DNA of 48,128 nucleotides. Origin: Cyanobacteria bacterium P01_A01_bin.123 (GTDB lineage: Bacteria; Cyanobacteriota; Cyanobacteriia; Phormidesmidales; Phormidesmidaceae). A program made the position numbers and the translations under genes. The stretch covers positions 1-48,128 of the forward strand of contig JBCBZT010000058.1 in NCBI GenBank assembly GCA_039815185.1, written 5' to 3'. The notes under the pieces were generated by a model, which worked only from the letters and a program-made list of their open reading frames with translations, searched no databases and was not told where the DNA came from. Of the stretch, positions 20,787 to 29,687 are shown piece after piece (the first letter of the stretch is position 1; each line of letters opens with the position of its first letter).

Positions 20787-21242
20787 ATGGTCGCCTACAC
20801 AGCATCTGCCCTCAAAGCTGAGCTAAATGAGCGGGGTTGGCGGATGACACCCCAACGGGAGATTATGCTCAGTACATTTCAACATCTGCCTAAGGGGGAG
20901 CATCTTAGCGCTGAGGACTTGCGGGATGTGCTAGGTGCTGCGGGTGAACAAGTGAGCCTTTCGACGATTTATCGGAATCTAAAGCTCCTGGCGCGCATGG
21001 GAATTTTGCGAGAATTAGAACTGGCTGAAGGGCACAAACGATATGAACTGAACCAGCCTGCGCCCCATCACCATCACCATTTGATTTGTGTACGCTGCAA
21101 CAAAACCATTGAGTTTAAGAATGATTCGGTTCTCAAGGCGGGCGTTAAGACGGCTGAAAAATCGGGATATCACCTACTGGACTGCCAGCTCACGATTCAC
21201 GCGGTGTGTCCAACCTGTCAGCGATCGCTTTTACCGGTCTAG
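20787..21242 (+). CDS. fur: ferric uptake regulator (cyanobacterial FurA-like)
   Basis: LKAELNERGWRMTPQR, HLSAEDL, HHHHHLICVRC and a C-terminal CPTC. Confidence 0.95.
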   Translation: MVAYTASALKAELNERGWRMTPQREIMLSTFQHLPKGEHLSAEDLRDVLGAAGEQVSLSTIYRNLKLLARMGILRELELAEGHKRYELNQPAPHHHHHLICVRCNKTIEFKNDSVLKAGVKTAEKSGYHLLDCQLTIHAVCPTCQRSLLPV

Positions 21243-21423
21243 TATCTTTAATTCCTCATGGATTATGGCTTCTACACCCTGTAGGGTTATCTCCTTCTCG
21301 TCAAGTATGCCTTTTTGATCAATTTTTCCCAGCTTACGCCAGACATCCATAAACTTCGGTTTTTATTAACGGACAATCTCCCTAGGGGTTGTTATACAAG
21401 AAGTGTAACCCTCCCATTTAAGA

Positions 21424-21822
21424 ATGGTTTCTATGGCAACTGCGACTGTTTTGCAATTCATGCAGAAAACCGCTGCTGACGAAGCGCTACGCCAGCAATT
21501 AGAAGTGCTCCTCGGCGTTGGCGATGGTGACATTAGCAGTGAAGCTGAACTTGATCCCGAGGAAAGTGCAGCCCTCAAAGGTGAGCGTGCCCCTGTGGTG
21601 GCTGAGTTCGCGGCTAAAAACGGTTATCCATTTTCCGTTGAAGATTTGGTTACAGTGGTGGATGCGTTTCAACAGCACCAATCGGGGCAACTCTCTGACA
21701 GTGACCTTGCTAAGGTGTTGGGTTTAGAGGGTTCGGCTAATGCGAAAGGTAGCAAAGTCCAGAATCCATTACAACGTTTAACCCGATATATGGGCAAGAC
21801 ATACCTTGGTGTTGATTTATAG
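21424..21822 (+). CDS. Nif11-like leader peptide domain protein
   Basis: F..K.AADEALRQQL...FAAKNGYPFSVEDL...LSDSDLAKVLG. An alternative start is the ATG at 21433. Confidence 0.72.
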   Translation: MVSMATATVLQFMQKTAADEALRQQLEVLLGVGDGDISSEAELDPEESAALKGERAPVVAEFAAKNGYPFSVEDLVTVVDAFQQHQSGQLSDSDLAKVLGLEGSANAKGSKVQNPLQRLTRYMGKTYLGVDL

Positions 21823-21868
21823 CCATCGCCAGAGTGATTTTTTCGGGTGCGTAGCAGTCTGGCGGCTC

Positions 21869-21913
21869 TGGTATAGCAATAGCCACAAAGCTTTGTGCGC
21901 TACTGCTATACCA
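21869..21913. repeat. palindromic dispersed repeat, copy 1
   Basis: TGGTATAGCAATAGC-CACAAAGCTTTGTG-C-GCTACTGCTATACCA, with a near-identical core at 47822-47856. Confidence 0.75.
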
Positions 21914-22595
21914 AATTGTTTGTATACTCAGCATCCCAGCTGTACTCGGGGCATTAAGCAATCTTGCCAGCGCTATAAAACAATGGCAGTTCAGTGACAC
22001 TCCCTACTTTAAGTAGTGAGGTCAACGCTATAGCCGTGATAACCGTAGGCCTTGAATCACTTAAATGAGGTTTACGCGTTGGCGGCAGCTAAACCTTGGG
22101 GATCAGCTGCTCCAGAAGTTGGTGCTTTTCGGAAAGTGGTGTGGCGCAAAATCTGTTGGGTATCCCTTTGATCCCCGATTAGTCAGTTGCGATCCTTAGG
22201 CACTGCTTTGGAATGCTGACGCGTTGCATTACCATACCTCAAAGCTTTCTGATGGCAATGTAAGCTTTCATTGCGTTGTTTTAAGCAGCTCAAAGTCTTT
22301 TGAAGTCGAGCCCACTGCATTGAACCTAGGCAAGAATGTTACGTATGGTGGGAAGAGTAATTCACTGTGGTCGCAGAATTTTCCTAATTCGCTTCAGCCT
22401 GCGTGCAGTCATTACTGATTGAAGCATTATCTGATTTGCAATATCTAGCCTAAGTCACTTTGTCAGTCTCGTTGGAGCAGCAGTGGTGGGTGTAGTGGTT
22501 CAAGCTTGAACACGCCCTTTAGGAATGAAACGTTGAAAAATCAAGTTTTCGATGTTTGATCGCTGCTCCATTTTTGTTCTTTCTGCGGTTTTACA

Positions 22596-25256
22596 ATGTC
22601 TGATCCCCAACAGTTTACGATGCATCCCGAGGCTGACCAGGTGTGGGAAAGCCCCGCTGAATCTATCCCTCAGGCTTTGCGACAGGCCACAGGGGTTTAC
22701 CTGTGCATCCACGGCCACTTCTACCAGCCGCCCCGTGAAAATCCTGACCTCAATACTATTGAGCAACAGCCCAGCGCTGATCCCTTCCACGACTGGAATG
22801 AGCGAATTTTACACGAGTGTTATCGCCCCAACGCCTTTGCTCGGGTGCTGAATGACAAAGGCGAAATTTTGCGCATCGTCAACAACTATGAATACATCAG
22901 CTTCAACATTGGGCCCACGCTGATGAGCTGGCTGGAGCGCCATGATTTGCAGACTTACCAACGCATATTGGAGGCCGACCGTCGTAGTTGCGAGCGGTTG
23001 AATGGCCATGGCAACGCGATCGCCCAAGCCTACAATCACATCATTCTACCCCTAGCCAATCAGCGCGATAAAGTGACACAAGTTCGTTGGGGTAAGGCAG
23101 ACTTTAAAGCCCGTTTTGGCCGTGATCCCGAAGGTATGTGGCTAGCTGAAACTGCCGTAGACTATCCAACTTTAGAGGTGTTGGCCGACGAAGGGATTCG
23201 ATTTATTATCCTGGCACCCTCACAAGCCCAGCGCTGCCGTCCTTTGACCATTGATGGCAATGGGGCTGGGGATTGGTTGGAAGTGGGAGGTAGTCAGATT
23301 GATCCCACCCGACCTTATCGCTGCTTTTTGCCCCCAACTGAAGCAGGGCAACCCCGGCGACATGTCGATATCTTCTTCTACGACGGGCCCATTTCTCGGG
23401 ACATGGGCTTTAAAGATATCCTCAGCAGCTCTGATCATTTTGCCGGACGGTTGGGGCAAGCTGTGCGCGGGGATCATCGTTCTACCCAGTTAATTTCGGT
23501 GGCCACCGACGGTGAAACTTTCGGCCATCATCGGCACGGGGCTGAAAAGGCCCTGACCTATGCCGTTACTGAAGTCTTTGCCCAGCAGGGTTGGACCATT
23601 ACGAACTATGCGCACTATCTCAGTCTCAGCCCCCCCACTTGGGAAGTAGAACTCAAACCCGTAACAGCCTGGAGCTGCGCCCACGGGGTCGATCGCTGGC
23701 AGGATGACTGCGGTTGTGGCGGTGGTCATGTGTGGCATCAGCAGTGGCGTAGACCCCTGCGGGATGCCTTGGATTGGCTGCGGGATCAACTGACTGACGT
23801 GTATGAAAGCCACGGATCAAGGCTGCTAAAAGATCTGTGGCAAGCGCGGAATGCCTATGTGTCTGTGATTCGCGATCGCGGTGACAGCAGTCTCAATGCC
23901 TTCTTTCAAACCCATCAAGCCTATGACTTGAACCCCGCAGAACGCACCGACGCCCTGCGACTACTAGAGATGCAGCGCCATGCTCTGCTGATGTACACCA
24001 GTTGCGGTTGGTTTTTTGAAGAAATTTCTCGGCCGGAAGGCACACAGATTCTGCGCTACGCTGGCCGGGCTATTGAACTCGCTGGGGAAGTGGCAGGCCT
24101 GTGCCTAGAGGATGAATTCATCGCCCGCCTAGACCGTGCCCCTAGCAACGTCGATCAATTCAAAACTGGTGCAGGCGTTTACCGTCAGTTGGTGTCTTCA
24201 TCGCAAATTAGCCTGGAACAGGTGGCAGCCCACTATGCCATGAGTTCGTTGTTTACCCACTACTATCGAGAACAACAAATCTACTGCTATACCGTGCACC
24301 AGCTTGACTATCGCCTCCAGCGCATGGGGTCGATGACTCTGGCTGTTGGGCAACTACAGCTTGTGTCTGAGATCACGCGGGAAGTGGTGGATCTAGTGTT
24401 CGCTGTACTGCATTTGGGCGGTTGGGATTTTCATTGCTGTATTCAACGATTTGAAGGTCGACTGGCCTATAATCAAGCCAAAGATGCAATGTTTGAATCC
24501 CTAGGACAGGCGAGTTCAGCCCAAGTAATTTTGGCGATGAATCGATACTTTGGCGATCGCGCTTACGGTCTCCAAGATCTGTTTGCAGAAGACCGTCACC
24601 GGATTATGCAGCTTTTGAGTCAGGAAACCCTGACTCGCCTCAACCAACTTTATACCCAGGTTTACCGCGATAACTATGGGGTCTTGATGGCGTTCCATCG
24701 CGATCGTTTACCGGTGCCCCAAGCCTTACAGGTGGCCGCAGAAATTGCCCTGACCCATCGAGCCATGAATTCGGTGCGTTCCCTAGAGCGAGACGCCAGC
24801 GATCATGATAATGACTTGCTGCAAGCGGGGATCGATCAGATTTGTGAGCTTGAAGCGATCGCTGCCGAAGCTAGCCAATTAAATTGTCAACTCAAACTTC
24901 CAGATGCCAAGGTAATCTTGGAGCGTTTGATTTTACGGGGGTTATGGCAGTTTCTCCATAGCTTTAACGCAGACACTGCGATCGCCGATGTTGAATGGCT
25001 GAAGCGGTTAACATTACTGGGCGATCGCCTCTCCCTCAATCTCTCCCTAGATCGGGTACAAGAGCTATATTTCCAGTATCTTAGCGAAAAGCTACTACCG
25101 GCGCTGAACCGAGACACAGGGACACCAGCGACAGACTCTGGGGAAATTGCCGATCGGCTCCATCCCTCAAGTCAAGAGTTAGCGCTGCTAAATCAGATCC
25201 TGCAATTGGGGCAAGCGATCGATATCGATGCCTATGCCCTGTTAACGCCTTTTTGA
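22596..25256 (+). CDS. glycoside hydrolase family 57 / DUF3536 domain protein
   Basis: HGHFYQPPRENP, GMWLAETAVD, ATDGETFGHH and MYTSCGWFFEE. Confidence 0.9.
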   Translation: MSDPQQFTMHPEADQVWESPAESIPQALRQATGVYLCIHGHFYQPPRENPDLNTIEQQPSADPFHDWNERILHECYRPNAFARVLNDKGEILRIVNNYEYISFNIGPTLMSWLERHDLQTYQRILEADRRSCERLNGHGNAIAQAYNHIILPLANQRDKVTQVRWGKADFKARFGRDPEGMWLAETAVDYPTLEVLADEGIRFIILAPSQAQRCRPLTIDGNGAGDWLEVGGSQIDPTRPYRCFLPPTEAGQPRRHVDIFFYDGPISRDMGFKDILSSSDHFAGRLGQAVRGDHRSTQLISVATDGETFGHHRHGAEKALTYAVTEVFAQQGWTITNYAHYLSLSPPTWEVELKPVTAWSCAHGVDRWQDDCGCGGGHVWHQQWRRPLRDALDWLRDQLTDVYESHGSRLLKDLWQARNAYVSVIRDRGDSSLNAFFQTHQAYDLNPAERTDALRLLEMQRHALLMYTSCGWFFEEISRPEGTQILRYAGRAIELAGEVAGLCLEDEFIARLDRAPSNVDQFKTGAGVYRQLVSSSQISLEQVAAHYAMSSLFTHYYREQQIYCYTVHQLDYRLQRMGSMTLAVGQLQLVSEITREVVDLVFAVLHLGGWDFHCCIQRFEGRLAYNQAKDAMFESLGQASSAQVILAMNRYFGDRAYGLQDLFAEDRHRIMQLLSQETLTRLNQLYTQVYRDNYGVLMAFHRDRLPVPQALQVAAEIALTHRAMNSVRSLERDASDHDNDLLQAGIDQICELEAIAAEASQLNCQLKLPDAKVILERLILRGLWQFLHSFNADTAIADVEWLKRLTLLGDRLSLNLSLDRVQELYFQYLSEKLLPALNRDTGTPATDSGEIADRLHPSSQELALLNQILQLGQAIDIDAYALLTPF

Positions 25257-25356
25257 GGTCAGGTCACTTACCCCCTTCGGCTGAGTTTTAACCATACTCA
25301 CGCCGAGGCCCAAAATCTAAAGCCCAACATTCGAATCAGCAACAATGCCGCCAAAG

Positions 25357-25542
25357 CTACCTATTGCCTTTGGGCGTTTCAGCAATCGCTTGGATTTCCA
25401 AGTGTTGTTTTGGCCCTCGCCGAAATTCTCCTACAGGCGCTTCTGTAATCGTGACAACGCGATAACGGCAGCTTGGCTGGGTCACAGTACACCGGATAGA
25501 TAGCCAAATTCGCCAGCGATCGCGTAGGGATAGATAGCTCAT
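25357..25542 (-). CDS. small hypothetical protein (61 aa), divergent from lysR
   Basis: ATG at 25542 with an upstream GGAG and a -10 TATTCT at 25615-20. The longer 99-aa version would start inside the LysR box. Confidence 0.5.
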   Translation of the reverse strand: MSYLSLRDRWRIWLSIRCTVTQPSCRYRVVTITEAPVGEFRRGPKQHLEIQAIAETPKGNR

Positions 25543-25627
25543 GGGATTGAGGTCTCCAATGGCAAAATCGTTTGAATCAGCCTGATTTGATTCAACGGTA
25601 GCGATCGCGGCTTGAGAATAACAAACG

Positions 25628-25660
25628 ATAGACTGAATTGATCCCATTGATGGCATCTAT
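25628..25660. promoter_or_regulatory. LysR-type T-N11-A binding sites
   Basis: ATTGAT-GGC-ATCTAT (25646-60) and ATAGAC-TGA-ATTGAT (25628-42), between lysR and the divergent small ORF. Confidence 0.55.
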
Positions 25661-25724
25661 AGGATTTCCCTGACTCATTGCCGGACCCTCCGCCATAATC
25701 AAGGCAACAGCACACGATAGGGCC

Positions 25725-26645
25725 ATGCAAAAGCTGGGACATTCGGGAATCAAGTTATCACAACTGCGGGCACTAATCGCCGTAGCAGATTGCAGTAATT
25801 TCAGCGAAGCTGCTTGGCAGTTAGGACTTACTCAACCAACGGTCAGCCACGCGATCGCGAATTTAGAAGCCGAGTTAGGTGTCATATTGCTGATTCGCGG
25901 TCGTCAAGGCGCAAAACTGACGCCAGCAGGGGAAGAGATCCTGACGCATAGCCGTAAAGTATTACAGTCATTGAGCCTGATGCAGCAATCTGCCAACCGT
26001 CACAAGGGACTCCAAGGCGGGCAGGTACGGGTGGCAACATTTCGTTCTGCGGCTGCCCAGCTTTTACCCGAAACCGTCGCTGCTTTTGGCCGCAACTTGC
26101 CGAATATTAGCGTTACAATTACCGAGCATTACGACACCCCCTATGTGGAGCAGGCATTGCGCGCAGGCACTGCCGATGTCGGCGTCACCATATTGCCTGC
26201 TGCCGATGATTTGGAAACGTGGACAAGCTTTGAAGATGATTATTTAGTCTTGCTATCACCTAATAGTGATTGGTCTGAGTCCCAAGTAGACTGGACCTTT
26301 CTGACCACAACACCACTCATTTTGTATCCGGATGACAACAGTTGTTTTCGCAGTGTCAACGACTATTTCCAAACAGCCGGATATCATCTGAAGCCACGCT
26401 ATCAGTTTCGAGAGACCTCTACGATTTTAAACATGGTGGCGCAGGGATTGGGGGCAGCGATTGTTCCTCGGCTTTCAGCCCATACGGTACCGCCAGAGGT
26501 CAAGCTAGCTGAACTGCCTAGTCCGTTAACGCGGCAAGTTGGGGTAACTGTGTTGGCTGATTCGCTACATACTCCAGCTGTGTTTGCATTTTTGGATACT
26601 CTAAGACAAGCGATCGCAGAAACAAGAGTCAATCCTATAGCTTGA
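25725..26645 (+). CDS. LysR family transcriptional regulator
   Basis: NFSEAAWQLGLTQPTVSHAIANLEAELG helix-turn-helix, LTPAG and MVAQGLG. Confidence 0.96.
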   Translation: MQKLGHSGIKLSQLRALIAVADCSNFSEAAWQLGLTQPTVSHAIANLEAELGVILLIRGRQGAKLTPAGEEILTHSRKVLQSLSLMQQSANRHKGLQGGQVRVATFRSAAAQLLPETVAAFGRNLPNISVTITEHYDTPYVEQALRAGTADVGVTILPAADDLETWTSFEDDYLVLLSPNSDWSESQVDWTFLTTTPLILYPDDNSCFRSVNDYFQTAGYHLKPRYQFRETSTILNMVAQGLGAAIVPRLSAHTVPPEVKLAELPSPLTRQVGVTVLADSLHTPAVFAFLDTLRQAIAETRVNPIA

Positions 26646-26648
26646 AAC

Positions 26649-28553
26649 TTATGGCTCCTGTGGACTCTCATAATTACTGGCTGCGGGATCACAAGCCACA
26701 TCTGAGGGAGACTGTGGCACTAAGGCAACCGCGTGGGGGACAGGACGAGCACCATAGGGGGCAAGGGATTCTCCTTTGTAAGATACGGAAGTACTACCGC
26801 CAGAATCGAGCATTACTGCTTCCTGAATCCCTGCTTCGGCTAAGATTTCACCCAAATGGACGGTGTGCACGAGTTGACCTGAAACACCCACCACCGGACG
26901 ACCTTGGTGATCGATACCCCAAAAGGCACGGTTGCGGGTGGAATCAAAGCCCCAAAGGTCGCCATAGCTTTCGTAGGAACGACCTCGGCCATCTTTGACC
27001 AGCCAGGCCCCAGCCACAAAAGCATCAGTTACATCTGGCATCTCCACCTTGATGCCTTCGAGCGTGTTGTGGGTTTCCGGATCGAAGGGGATAAAGTCGA
27101 CATCATCAGGGCTGATTAGAACTAGGGGGCGTCCACCCATGACGGGTATATCACCATTGTTGCCGGGAATAAATTCGCCGGAAGTCTGACTGTAGGCTGG
27201 GCCAACTAACGTATTGGAGTCAAGATATTCCAGTGAGAAGAAAGTGCCGTCTACTGCCGCGATCGCGTCTGTATTTTGCGTGATTTCAGCAATGGGGTAG
27301 CGGGTTGCAGCGTGAATCGTAATGCTCTTGCCCCCGCGCACCAAAATCAACTTCGTGTCATCGACTTCAATGCGCTGCATGTAAATCGGCTCATCAAAGT
27401 TCACGGGGCTCGCCTGAGGATTCGACGGTGGCCCTGCCCAAGCCTTCTCAAGCATTTCTGTCAGCCGTGCGGGGGCAAACCGGGCAATGCCCCAGATTGA
27501 ATCAGAATTGCTGGCATATTCTCCCTCGATTTTGCTCATAGTCAGGCCTGCAATCAAGCCCGCTTCGTTGAGCACATCAGCGACCCGTTCGTTGTAATAG
27601 CCTTCAGGATAGGTAAAGTAACGAATCGGAATACCCAGCTCTTCTTCTAAACGCGTTTTAGAGGTAACGACTTCATATCGTAGCTGCTCATCGTCTAACG
27701 CTCTTAAATCAGAGGGATGGGTCACCGTATGGGCCGATATTGTTACCAAAGGATCGGCTGCCATCTGTTTGACCTGATCCCAAGTGATTGTTGAACGTCC
27801 CCCAATTTCACCGTCGAGTTTGCCGGTAATAACTGAGAATAACGCCGGGAAACCGTAGCGTTTTAATAAAGGATAGACGTAGGTATAGTGTCCCGCATAA
27901 CTATCGTCAAAGCTGAGTAAAATTGGCCTTTCAGGCAGAGGAGCACCCGTTCTGAGGTGATAGGTGAGTTGATCCATACTGATCGGCGTCAACCCCCAGT
28001 CATAGATGGCTTGAAAGTCTTCTTCTAAGTCAGCGAGGGTGAGATCGAAGTAAACTTCTTTTTCCGGCAAAACGTCGTGATACATCATCACAGGCACTTT
28101 AGCCAGTCGCGCTTGGGGATGGATTTCGGGGGACGGTAGCGGTAGCCGTTGAGTCAGCGGCTGGGGGTTGAACTGTGGGGCAAGCGGATCAATCAGAGAC
28201 AGTCCTAAGGGGCCATTGTCACCCAAATTGGCTGTTGCTAACACGACTGGGCGAGGACACACCGCACCATTATCAGGCCAGTTGGTTTCTTCTAAGTCAC
28301 TGTTGCCAAATGCGGCTAGTTCAACCTGCTCAGTCGCTGGGGGCAACATCAAATCACTCGGTAATGCCTGAAGGGCTATAGGCGCGAGGCGATCGCTAAA
28401 GTGAAGCCAAGGCACAAAGACAATTTGCTGTTCTTGTTGCCAGTTTTTCCACATCTCATAGACAGGCAAGGCAGAGAGACCTAAGGTTAGGCCCACAACG
28501 GCAGAGGTTAACCACCAGGAGGGATATGCTTTTTTCTGTGAAACGACTGTCAT
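26649..28553 (-). CDS. polysaccharide deacetylase (CE4/NodB) fused to a phosphodiester glycosidase (NAGPA-like) domain
   Basis: N-terminal transmembrane helix, PVMMYH, LSFDD, HTVTH and FTYPEG. C-terminal RAFWG...MLDSGGSTS...RPVP. Confidence 0.85.
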   Translation of the reverse strand: MTVVSQKKAYPSWWLTSAVVGLTLGLSALPVYEMWKNWQQEQQIVFVPWLHFSDRLAPIALQALPSDLMLPPATEQVELAAFGNSDLEETNWPDNGAVCPRPVVLATANLGDNGPLGLSLIDPLAPQFNPQPLTQRLPLPSPEIHPQARLAKVPVMMYHDVLPEKEVYFDLTLADLEEDFQAIYDWGLTPISMDQLTYHLRTGAPLPERPILLSFDDSYAGHYTYVYPLLKRYGFPALFSVITGKLDGEIGGRSTITWDQVKQMAADPLVTISAHTVTHPSDLRALDDEQLRYEVVTSKTRLEEELGIPIRYFTYPEGYYNERVADVLNEAGLIAGLTMSKIEGEYASNSDSIWGIARFAPARLTEMLEKAWAGPPSNPQASPVNFDEPIYMQRIEVDDTKLILVRGGKSITIHAATRYPIAEITQNTDAIAAVDGTFFSLEYLDSNTLVGPAYSQTSGEFIPGNNGDIPVMGGRPLVLISPDDVDFIPFDPETHNTLEGIKVEMPDVTDAFVAGAWLVKDGRGRSYESYGDLWGFDSTRNRAFWGIDHQGRPVVGVSGQLVHTVHLGEILAEAGIQEAVMLDSGGSTSVSYKGESLAPYGARPVPHAVALVPQSPSDVACDPAASNYESPQEP

Positions 28554-28702
28554 AGGTGCAGTTCAACCAGACTTGCGGATTTAGATATCTTTTCAGTAAG
28601 TCCTGTCTCCGTTCAGAAGTATAGGGCTTCTTGAATGAAAAAAAACAGCTTTTATCTCACAAACGATTAACCCACTCCCGGAGACTTTCAAGCTTCTCTT
28701 TT

Positions 28703-29671
28703 TTATTGAGGGTTCACCTTGGGCGGCTTTTTCCGAAATGCTTTTACCGCTGCCATATACTGGCCAAGGAAGGGGAGTCCGCCCACGGCAGGGAGGAAAT
28801 AGCGTGAGGTACACAACAGGCCTAACGCAGCCCCAGTAGCCGCATCAAAGTACGGCGCATAGAAGGCGATTAGTGCGGCATCGCGAGTCCCCACACCGGC
28901 AAAAGTCAGTGGTAGCAGACCGGCCAAAATCGCCAACGGGGACAGGGCCAGATTGATCAAAAATGGGGTCCATGCATTCAGTGCCAAAATGAAAAACCAA
29001 ATCTGCAACAGATGCAAAAACCAGATAAAGACGGAGGTCAGGGTGATTTTGAGCAGTTGGGTGCGATCGCGCCAAAAGTAATCATGCATCTCGCGCCAAG
29101 ACACCTGGAGTTTATGCAGCTTTTCTTTGATCTTTTTAGGGGCAATTTTTTTGCCGATAGTAAAGAAGAGGTTGGCAAATGCTGTGGATCCCAGCAGCAG
29201 CACCCCTAAACCAAGCCCACCTACAATACCTACCGTCATTACCCAAAAGAAGGCATCTTTAGTGGGGTAAAGAATCAGGCCAAAGGCGCACCACAACAGC
29301 AGCGATAACATGTCACAGGCTTTTTCAAACACCACCATAGACAGCGAGAGAGAACCGCTCAAATGGCCGCGATCGCGCATGAAATAAGCCTTAGCAATGT
29401 CGCCCATTTTGGAGGGCAGCACCATGTTCAGCGTGCTGGCCGCCAAAATCAGCTTGTTGGCTTCACCAAAGCTCAGCGTGGTTTCTTTTGGGACTAACTG
29501 CTGCAATCGCCAAGAGGTAAAAGCCGTAATCGGAATCACCATCCCTAGACTAATAGTCATCCACAAGGGATCGGAGTTGCGAAATACCCCTAACAATCCC
29601 TGAAAATCAATGCGGGTGTAGATGATTACCAAAATCCCAAGGCTGACAATGATAGAGATAATGCGCTTCAT
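28703..29671 (-). CDS. lysylphosphatidylglycerol-synthase TM-domain (flippase-like, UPF0104) protein
   Basis: Multi-pass membrane protein with NMVLPSKMGDIAK, EKACD and LPLTFAGVGTRD motifs. Confidence 0.85.
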   Translation of the reverse strand: MKRIISIIVSLGILVIIYTRIDFQGLLGVFRNSDPLWMTISLGMVIPITAFTSWRLQQLVPKETTLSFGEANKLILAASTLNMVLPSKMGDIAKAYFMRDRGHLSGSLSLSMVVFEKACDMLSLLLWCAFGLILYPTKDAFFWVMTVGIVGGLGLGVLLLGSTAFANLFFTIGKKIAPKKIKEKLHKLQVSWREMHDYFWRDRTQLLKITLTSVFIWFLHLLQIWFFILALNAWTPFLINLALSPLAILAGLLPLTFAGVGTRDAALIAFYAPYFDAATGAALGLLCTSRYFLPAVGGLPFLGQYMAAVKAFRKKPPKVNPQ

Positions 29672-29687
29672 AAAAAGTCACCAAACG

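Noticed and set aside
25543..25742. 99-aa and 67-aa minus-strand ORF versions upstream of lysR
   Set aside because: They overlap the LysR boxes, the promoter and the lysR start. Only the 61-aa version has an SD sequence.
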